Origin: an uncultured virus (IMG/VR IMGVR_UViG_3300042344_000419)
Taxonomy: Duplodnaviria; Heunggongvirae; Uroviricota; Caudoviricetes
DNA length: 54,506 nucleotides
IMG/VR virus record: IMGVR_UViG_3300042344_000419
Direction: 5' to 3' (one strand)
In this document: positions 46,001-53,390 of the stretch, piece after piece
Layout: each line of letters opens with the position of its first letter
How positions within the stretch are numbered: position 1 is the stretch's first letter
The notes under the pieces: generated by a model
Databases searched by the model: none
The model's input: only the letters and a program-made list of their open reading frames with translations
Told to the model about the DNA's origin: nothing
Made by a program: the position numbers and the translations under genes

Positions 46001-46873
46001 TTAAGCAGATGCCACAGTCCCGAGTGAGGACTGTAGACTCTGCAGTGTGTTTAGTACCGACTTGGATGCGACCACCGCATCCTTCCTGACCGCCTTCGAG
46101 TCCCGCAGAATCTGCGGGTCGTTGAATGCGACCAGAGTTTTCCGAGCGTCCGAGAGTGCCTGTGCAATCTCGGCGTTGCCCGTGAAGTTCAACGCCTCTG
46201 CCTCGGCGATGGTCTCGCTGATGGCAGTGATGGTTGAGTCACGAAAGATCGCCTTGGGATTCGCCAAGGTGCGACCAAAGTGAGCGACCACATCAGCCAC
46301 CCTGTCGAGCAGCTGTCTGTGAGCGTCAGCCAGTCGGGCTGAGATCGCCTGCTGGGCACGAGCCTGCAGGCGGGGGTCGTTGAGGTCGGTCTCCCGAGGG
46401 AATGCCTCAGCGTCGAATGTCACCTCGAAGCGGGAGCGAAACTCGCTCGAGCTGGAGGGGTACTCCGATGCGTTGAACAATCCGTTCAACCTGACCTCGG
46501 CCTCGTTCCTGATCTCGTCGTAGCGGGCACAGAGATCGTCGGCGAGTCGGTTGAACTCGTCGACCAGTCTGTTGTGTGCCTCGGTGAAGGCTTGAAACTG
46601 AGAGATCGGGAGAACCCGACTCTCTCCCCGCCACGGGAGGGTGAACTTGTAGAAGTTCTCCCTGATCCGAGAGGCAACCTGATTGACCGACTTCAAATAG
46701 TCGGGTCGGATCAGTGCCTTGACGAATCGCCCGCCCTGCCCAGCGGAGATCGAGTGATTGGCCTCGACCTCGCTGGTGGCTTTACGATCCTGTCTGCCAC
46801 CGATGAAACGCCTGATCGAGAGATCGACCAGCCGTGCGTAGCTGTTGAGTTGCGTTGTTGTTATGTTGTTCAT
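46001..46873 (-). CDS. DUF3150-like phage protein
   Basis: LV.LSI, D.KA..EV, K.LI, TLPW, RLNGLFN..EYP and IFRDST motifs; upstream of the AAA/VWA pair. Confidence 0.7.
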   Translation of the reverse strand: MNNITTTQLNSYARLVDLSIRRFIGGRQDRKATSEVEANHSISAGQGGRFVKALIRPDYLKSVNQVASRIRENFYKFTLPWRGESRVLPISQFQAFTEAHNRLVDEFNRLADDLCARYDEIRNEAEVRLNGLFNASEYPSSSSEFRSRFEVTFDAEAFPRETDLNDPRLQARAQQAISARLADAHRQLLDRVADVVAHFGRTLANPKAIFRDSTITAISETIAEAEALNFTGNAEIAQALSDARKTLVAFNDPQILRDSKAVRKDAVVASKSVLNTLQSLQSSLGTVASA

Positions 46874-46977
46874 GTCTGCTCCTTCTGCCCTGTCGGGCGG
46901 TTTTGTTTTTGTGTGTGCCCCCTGATCTCAGGGATCACTACAACCCTCGGGGCATTCCTCCCGAGGGCTGAGGGTGA

Positions 46978-47151
46978 TCACTGCTTTCGCAACCACTCCG
47001 CTGGGACTGACATTTGCAGTCCTTTCGGGAGTGGGATGACCACTGCCTTGTCACCGCCAAGGAAGCCCCTGAAATTTACAAGGGTGTCCTCGTTGGTGAA
47101 GGGCGAGTGCATCACCAAAGTCTCGTCGACTTGGAATCGCTCTTCGTCCAT
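46978..47151 (-). CDS. Hypothetical protein (57 aa)
   Basis: Manual translation MDEERFQVDETL...; RBS AAGGAGG. Confidence 0.6.
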   Translation of the reverse strand: MDEERFQVDETLVMHSPFTNEDTLVNFRGFLGGDKAVVIPLPKGLQMSVPAEWLRKQ

Positions 47152-47166
47152 GTGTTCCTCCTTTTG

Positions 47167-47331
47167 TTATTTGTTTTTTAGTGCGTTCAATTCCTGACCA
47201 AGCACTGCGACTCGGTTGAAGGCATCCAGTGCCGTATCTGCCACAACCCTCAACGCTTCCCTCAGCCGAGCGACCTCGGCCTCGGATTTACTCAACTTTA
47301 CTCTCACATCGCTAATAGTTTCCGATTTCAT
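47167..47331 (-). CDS. Coiled-coil hypothetical protein (54 aa)
   Basis: Start moved to ATG 47331 behind AAGGAGGAGCAGAC. Confidence 0.6.
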   Translation of the reverse strand: MKSETISDVRVKLSKSEAEVARLREALRVVADTALDAFNRVAVLGQELNALKNK

Positions 47332-47573
47332 TTTGTCTGCTCCTCCTTCTTTTTTTGTTCCTCCGATTCCAAACATTGATCGCAACCGCACCGACGAGAA
47401 TCTCTCAAAAGAGAGAAGCACTGGGTGGGTGTGTCCTCGTGGATGATGTGCGAGCCTTCCTCGTAGCCGTAGTATCCGACTTTCAAGTAGACCCAGAACC
47501 CATCACCAACTGACCGCTCGTCGCTGATTTCCTCGACCCTGTGGTCTTTAAGTATCTTTTGAATTATTGTCAT
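47328..47573 (-). CDS. Hypothetical protein, first gene of the early operon
   Basis: RBS AGGAGGACAGAC; CxCxxC near the C-terminus. Confidence 0.65.
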   Translation of the reverse strand: MTIIQKILKDHRVEEISDERSVGDGFWVYLKVGYYGYEEGSHIIHEDTPTQCFSLLRDSRRCGCDQCLESEEQKKKEEQTK

Positions 47574-48002
47574 GTTGTCTGTCCTCCTGTTTTTTGTATG
47601 ACCTCCGCTTACTGGGCTGAGATCATGCCTGCCCCCCGACTAACATTGCCGAGGGGCAGGGTATGATATCAGTTCTTAAATTTTAATCAGCCGATGCAAC
47701 TGCTCCCGCTAGTCGTGCATCGCTCGAGTGATTAGCCCGAGGCCGTTCTGTTTATCCAAGAATCAAAGTGCCCTCCGAAAGTTTCCCGCATCCCTGCGGG
47801 TCACTGCCAGCTGTACTCGTTGCAAATTTTAGACCTCGAAACTTTTCTGGTCACCCGATCATAAAAGATCGTCGGTACCATGTTATCGTCTCGGGATTGC
47901 GGGGAGTCTCCGATATGTGGGGAGAATTTCCCTCGAGGAACGCACTCTGAAGCGTCGAACGACTTAGTATCGCCTGTAGAAGTTGTGGTGAGAACTGTCA
48001 CC

Positions 48003-48031
48003 ACTTTGCACCATTATGATTATCCTGTCAA
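48003..48031 (-). promoter_or_regulatory. Putative early promoter
   Basis: Minus-strand TTGACA(48031)-17-CAAAGT; adjacent palindrome AACTGCTTTGTAGAT at 48030-48044. Confidence 0.5.
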
Positions 48032-48625
48032 CTGCTTTGTAGATTGTTTATCTGCTTTATGACACAAGACAGGGGAAGGCAGGGATCGTCATCACACAGC
48101 CCAAAATATCGCACGAGGATGCCCGAGGAATCGATTTGAGGGTCGGGGTAGTATGGGGACAGCGGGTAGCTTTCACTCGAGGGCAGGTCTCATGCACGAA
48201 TCTTGCGAACCATTTATTTTTATAAGCAGAAAGGTTCGCTTGGTTTCGATTGGGTATCTCTTGCGAGTGATAGACGGATGGATTCCAGAGGGGAGGGAGT
48301 TGTCATAGGGAGAGAGCTTACTCATCGATGGGTTTATCTCGTGAGCAGTAAGCCTCCCCGCAAGGGGAGAGGCTTGTGAGTTGTCACCGATTGGGAAATT
48401 CGCTCACAGGAAAATTCTTTTCATGCTCGGGTTTGACCAGCCCTCACGCTCGAAGGATCGAGTATTTTCGCCGTATTTATTATGAGCTGGAGGAGTTCAC
48501 GAGTGCCAGCTCTCGAGATATTCGCAACCCACACGGCTCTGTTCGATCTTTCATCCGCTGGGAGGACAACTGCTTAACAGCTGAAAGTGGTCGACAGATT
48601 AAAGATTGCAATTAAAAACTGATCC

Positions 48626-49249
48626 GTGCCGAAAGAATTAATGAGGAGGAAGCGGGCGAAGAAAGTTGAGCCAGCAAAAGACCTGAGCGTCGAGATGGTG
48701 AACGGCTCACCAGTTGTCACGATGCCAGAAAAGATTCCCGATCCTGTTCCTGTTCCTGTTCCAGTCGTGCAAAAAAGAGGACGAGGAAAGCCGAGGACAA
48801 CATTTGAAAACTTCAGTCAGACGAAAATCAAAGAGCTGTATCGACTCGCTCGTCTCGGGATGAGTCTGAAAACTATGGCAGGTGCTGTGGGCATTGGGAT
48901 CGGGAAGCTGATCGAGATGAAGGAGCAGAGCAGGGAATTTGCCGAGAGACTAGATGCAGAGCGAGAGAACTTCATCGCCGACAACCTCACAAAGCTCAGG
49001 AATCACGCTCAATCATCGCCTCAGTCAGCCCAATGGCTACTCGAGAGAGTAAGACCAGAGGAGTTCAGCCAGAAGACAGAGCTAAGAGTCTCAGGTGGAA
49101 CGACTAACACTCTCTCGTTGGATGTATCATCTGCCATCTGTCAGAGATTGAGTGAGGCACGATTGCAGAGCATAGATGTTATTCCGTTAACAGAACCACC
49201 ACCACAGCTTATGGAAGTACCTACCACTGAACAACAATGTTCATCATAA
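48626..49249 (+). CDS. terS: Terminase small subunit-like HTH protein
   Basis: HTH LGMSLKTMAGAVGIG and SAQWLLERVRPEEF motif; upstream of TerL. Confidence 0.65.
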   Translation: MPKELMRRKRAKKVEPAKDLSVEMVNGSPVVTMPEKIPDPVPVPVPVVQKRGRGKPRTTFENFSQTKIKELYRLARLGMSLKTMAGAVGIGIGKLIEMKEQSREFAERLDAERENFIADNLTKLRNHAQSSPQSAQWLLERVRPEEFSQKTELRVSGGTTNTLSLDVSSAICQRLSEARLQSIDVIPLTEPPPQLMEVPTTEQQCSS

Positions 49250-49422
49250 AAGATTAGAGCATCAAATCTTTCTTCTTCTTTTTTTGAAAATCAACAACTT
49301 ACATCAGCTCCTCAGGATTCTCCAGATACCCCGTACCACCACCCCACCCCCCATGCGTCACACTAAATATATAGAGACGAGCAACCCACCACCCACCTGC
49401 ATTATCGGCTACAGGGGGGTAC

Positions 49423-49668
49423 ATGAATAACACACCCCCACCCCTCGAAATGGCGAAGAATTTTGCCCAAGGAATGGTCGAGTGGGCAGGGGATGGATTC
49501 AAGATGCAGCCCGAGGCCGAGACCGCTCGAAGGCTAAAGATCTGTGAAGAGTGCAAAGATCATAAGGATGGACGCTGCATGCTTTGCGGATGCTTCCTGA
49601 AGGTCAAGGCAGCCCTGTCTACTGGGAAATGCCCAGTTGGAAAGTGGCACCCCGAGGAGCCTGCTTAA
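49423..49668 (+). CDS. Cys-rich zinc-finger protein (DUF6171-like)
   Basis: RLKICEEC...CMLCGCF...K.......CPVGKW. Confidence 0.75.
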   Translation: MNNTPPPLEMAKNFAQGMVEWAGDGFKMQPEAETARRLKICEECKDHKDGRCMLCGCFLKVKAALSTGKCPVGKWHPEEPA

Positions 49669-49671
49669 CCC

Positions 49672-49903
49672 CATGCCTTGGAATTACACCGAACACAAAG
49701 CCCGCCTTCACTCCGATGAAGCCTACAAATTACAGTTCTACGCCAAGTGCCGAGAATGGCTTAAACGCAGGGTTCGCAACGATCCAGACTACGCACTCAT
49801 CCACCGAGTCAAACGGCGCATACAAGCCCGCAAGCGACGAAAGAAGGCCAAGCTGGAGGCGAAGCGGTTAGCCAAGGAGAAGTCCAATGTCCCAAATGAA
49901 TGA
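49672..49903 (+). CDS. Basic hypothetical protein
   Basis: MPWNYTEHK... K/R-rich ORF; start coordinate approximate. Confidence 0.5.
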
Positions 49904-51311
49904 ACTGCAGAAGCTGAAGTTCCTGTCCACACTGGCTGGGTTCTCCAGCCACTACCTTGGGATGGACAGCCTTTACCCTTGGCAGATCCAGTGCATGGAT
50001 GCTCTTGATGCTGGTGGCAGAGTGGCTGTCAGGGCACCCAACGGATCGGGCAAGTCCAGCTTCTTAGTGGTACCAGCCATCATATGGCACTGTGCTGTAT
50101 TCCCTAACAGCTATGTGATCGTGACTTCTAACGTAGGCAGACAGATTAAGTCAGGCTTGTTTGCCACTGTACACAAGTACGCCTCCAAGCTGAAGGGCTG
50201 GACGGTTAACTCCAACGAGCTGATCAGCCCGATTAACGGGAGGGCGGTGGCCTTTACCACCGACGAACCCCAGCGGATGGAGGGGTGGCATCCAGAGGGC
50301 AGCACCACGGGTGGCAAGGGCAACCTGATGCTGATCTATGACGAGGCCAAGTCCATACCTGCAGAGATCTGGCATGCAGGTGAACGCACCCAACCCAACC
50401 GTTGGTTAGCTATTAGCAGCACAGGTTCAGCAAACAGCTTCTTTGCCAAGTGCTTTAGGGAACATGCTAAGTTCTGGAAGACCTTCACTATTCCTATCGG
50501 CCAGTGCCCACATATTACGGACGAGTCGATTAGAAGACTTAAGGAGCTGTATGGGGATGACCACCCGCTGGTCAGGAGCATGATCCATAACGAGTTTGTG
50601 GATGAGGCTGATAACGAGACCGTGATCTCGGAAACCAAGATCCATGACTGCAGGGCTACACCCCCAACCCACTTTCCTATGGATAGGGTGGCTTTTATCG
50701 ACTGGGGTGGGGCAGGGGTTGACGAGACTGCCGTGGCCATCATGGACGGGAACAAGCTGTTGCCTCTAATCATCATTAAGGATCGGGACGAGATGCGTAC
50801 CGTCGGACGGGTGATAAGGGAGCTGCGGGCGTTTCAGGTTAACCCCAAGCTGGTCTGGGCTGACAACGGGGGTATCGGGTCGCCCATGATTAGGCGCATG
50901 GACGAGCAGGGGTACAGCGTCAACCGTGTGAACTTTGGTACGGCTGGTTTGGCTGGGTACGCCAACAAGGCTTCCGAGATGTTGTTTACGGCAGGCAAGC
51001 TGATTGAGGACAGGGGAGTGATCCTGCCCAAGGACGACATCATGGACGGACAGCTGTGTACCCGCAGGTTCTTCTGCACATCCAATGGCAGTATCAAGCT
51101 GGAGTCCAAGGCTGAATATAAGCAAAGGACAGGTGGAAGCAGTCCAGATCGTGCGGATGCAGCTGCTGGAGCCATCTGGGCTTATGTCAAGACCAGACCG
51201 AGCTTGACCTCAAATGATGCTGGTGGTAGTCATTTGCAGACAGATGTATTCGGCAATACCATCCAAACTAACTTTGAAGATGCCAGAAGTGGCTTCGACG
51301 CTGGGGACTAA
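49887..51311 (+). CDS. terL: Terminase large subunit (phage B)
   Basis: YPWQ, APNGSGKS (Walker A), IYDEAK (Walker B), FIDWG and SPDRADA. Confidence 0.92.
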   Translation: MSQMNELQKLKFLSTLAGFSSHYLGMDSLYPWQIQCMDALDAGGRVAVRAPNGSGKSSFLVVPAIIWHCAVFPNSYVIVTSNVGRQIKSGLFATVHKYASKLKGWTVNSNELISPINGRAVAFTTDEPQRMEGWHPEGSTTGGKGNLMLIYDEAKSIPAEIWHAGERTQPNRWLAISSTGSANSFFAKCFREHAKFWKTFTIPIGQCPHITDESIRRLKELYGDDHPLVRSMIHNEFVDEADNETVISETKIHDCRATPPTHFPMDRVAFIDWGGAGVDETAVAIMDGNKLLPLIIIKDRDEMRTVGRVIRELRAFQVNPKLVWADNGGIGSPMIRRMDEQGYSVNRVNFGTAGLAGYANKASEMLFTAGKLIEDRGVILPKDDIMDGQLCTRRFFCTSNGSIKLESKAEYKQRTGGSSPDRADAAAGAIWAYVKTRPSLTSNDAGGSHLQTDVFGNTIQTNFEDARSGFDAGD

Positions 51312-53150
51312 ATGACCACGCAAGAGCTGTACGATGCTTTTTGCGATGACCTTAAAAAGCGAACCACTTGGGAGGATCGGCAGAAGGTTTGGTACACCAT
51401 GTGCAATGGTGGACTTCGTCGTAAGCGTAAACCTTGGCCGAATGCAGCCGACCTTCACTATCCTTTAGCGAACTCGATCATCAATAAGTTCGTACCGTTT
51501 TACATAAACCAGATTTACTCAGCTGAGAATCTGGCCAGCTTTACCCCACGCAAACCTCAGATGCAGTCTCTGCGCTACGCAGCGGAGAGCTGGTTTAACT
51601 ACATGCTGCGTGAGCGTTCCAATTTTGAAACCGAGATGATGGTCTATGTGTCGGCCATGCTTCGTTGCGGGATCTCGTTTATGAAGACATCTTGGGATGA
51701 AGCCAACAGGTCGGTCAAGTTTGATGCAGTTAACCCGATGTATCTTGTGTTCCCGTACTACACCAAGGACATGGAGAGCTGTGATCGGATCTGCCACATC
51801 ATGGAAATTTCTGAAGGCCAGTATCGTCGCAATGAGGCGTACAAGCAGGACGATGATTTTATTAAGCGGATCAAAGGCGAGGGGAACTCGGCTGGTGCTG
51901 GGGTTCGCTCGTATGATCAGCACAAGCTAGGCAAGCAGGGTCTGACCGAGGGCAGCATGCGGGATAACATCATTATCTGGGAGTGCTACTATCGGGATGA
52001 CAAGGGGAAGATCATCGTGGAGACCTTCAGCCCGCAGGCTCCTGACGAACCTATTCGCCCTAAGTTTGAGCTTCCCTATGCCCACGGGCAGATGCCGTTT
52101 GTGCCGTGCATGCTGGAGTTTACTCCAGACAAAGGTTTTTATTCCAGCCGTGGAGTTTGTGAAACGGTTGCAGCTTTTGAAGCTGCGTTGACCAAGACCA
52201 TGAACGCCAAGGCTGATGCGATGAGCCTCTACAACTCACCGATGTTTTCCTCTGATCAAGACATACCCAATGTGAACAATATCAAATTCGGCACAGGGGT
52301 TCTCTTGCCCACGGGAGTTAAGCCAGTACTAATGCCCCAGCCCCCAATCAGCTTTGATCAGGAGATGGTGCAGATGCGTCAGGTCTCCGAGTACTTGGTG
52401 TCGATGCCCGACTTCGGCCTGACGCAGGGAAGACTCGGAAGCTCCAAGCCCCGCACGGCTACCGAGGTGCAGAATATCGGACAGCTGATGGGGGTGAACA
52501 CAGATCTCCGCATTAAACTTTTCAGGCTGGCGTTGAGCGAAATCTACAAGCAGGCATATGCAATCCTAGTTGAGTACGCACACGACCAGCTTCTCTTTGA
52601 ATACCAGAACCAGTTCTCGGCTGTCCCTGCCGAGGCAATCATCTTTGATTACCAGATCAAACCTTCGGGCAGTGCTGACGGTGTGAACCGAGTCATGCAG
52701 TACCAGAAGGCTTTGGTGCGGTTCCAGACCCTCCGTAACGATCCGTACATTAACCAGCCAGAACTCCGCAAGGATCTGCTGGAGGTGGACGATCCCCACC
52801 TTGTCAACCGCATGTTGATCGATCCGCAGCTCAAGAAGCAGATGCAGGCCGAAGAAGCTGGAAGCGAGAATCTGTTGCTCGACCAAGGCTTCGGTGCTGT
52901 GGCTGTTGAGCCTGCCGACGATCACGAGGTGCATGTTCAGATCCACATGGATCGACTGCAGTTGGCTGGTCAGCGTGGACAGCAGCTCGCTCAGGATAGC
53001 GGTGCTGCCTACACCCAGCATTTACAGCAACACATCCAGTTCCTTTCACAGACTAACCCGAACCTCGCCAAGCAGATCGGCGCACAGATTATGAAGGCTA
53101 TGCAGACTGAGACCAAGAATGCTCAGTTCCAGCAGATGTTACCGCAGTGA
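51312..53150 (+). CDS. Portal protein (phage B)
   Basis: 612 aa after TerL; KPWPNAADL, RTATEV and DDHEVH motifs. Confidence 0.85.
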   Translation: MTTQELYDAFCDDLKKRTTWEDRQKVWYTMCNGGLRRKRKPWPNAADLHYPLANSIINKFVPFYINQIYSAENLASFTPRKPQMQSLRYAAESWFNYMLRERSNFETEMMVYVSAMLRCGISFMKTSWDEANRSVKFDAVNPMYLVFPYYTKDMESCDRICHIMEISEGQYRRNEAYKQDDDFIKRIKGEGNSAGAGVRSYDQHKLGKQGLTEGSMRDNIIIWECYYRDDKGKIIVETFSPQAPDEPIRPKFELPYAHGQMPFVPCMLEFTPDKGFYSSRGVCETVAAFEAALTKTMNAKADAMSLYNSPMFSSDQDIPNVNNIKFGTGVLLPTGVKPVLMPQPPISFDQEMVQMRQVSEYLVSMPDFGLTQGRLGSSKPRTATEVQNIGQLMGVNTDLRIKLFRLALSEIYKQAYAILVEYAHDQLLFEYQNQFSAVPAEAIIFDYQIKPSGSADGVNRVMQYQKALVRFQTLRNDPYINQPELRKDLLEVDDPHLVNRMLIDPQLKKQMQAEEAGSENLLLDQGFGAVAVEPADDHEVHVQIHMDRLQLAGQRGQQLAQDSGAAYTQHLQQHIQFLSQTNPNLAKQIGAQIMKAMQTETKNAQFQQMLPQ

Positions 53151-53386
53151 ATATCGTAGACGTTGACATGTCGGATATCAGGGAACGCCTCGCAAGAATG
53201 GAAGAGCGTCAGGTCGGCCTGTGTTCTATGCTTGAGCGGAGCCTTTCTAACTACGGGGATCTGGTTAATCGGGTGACGGCACTTGAGAAACTTAAAGGAC
53301 ATTTCTACTTAGCAGCTGCCATCGTCGGCACGGCTGTCTCCATATCTTGGGAGTTGATCAAGACCAAGTTCTTCAGCAAAGGATAA
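53147..53386 (+). CDS. Small coiled-coil plus TM protein (holin/XhlA-like)
   Basis: ERLARMEE coil then C-terminal hydrophobic FYLAAAIVGTAVSISW. Confidence 0.6.
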   Translation: MNIVDVDMSDIRERLARMEERQVGLCSMLERSLSNYGDLVNRVTALEKLKGHFYLAAAIVGTAVSISWELIKTKFFSKG

Positions 53387-53390
53387 TACA

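Noticed and set aside
47801..48004. 67-aa minus-strand ORF in the early leader
   Set aside because: Its start overlaps the putative -10 box and there is no SD; the region is better explained as structured RNA.
3869..51311. Two TerL/portal/integrase sets as duplications within one genome
   Set aside because: The pairs are very divergent and segregate with the oligonucleotide and operator signatures, indicating two genomes.
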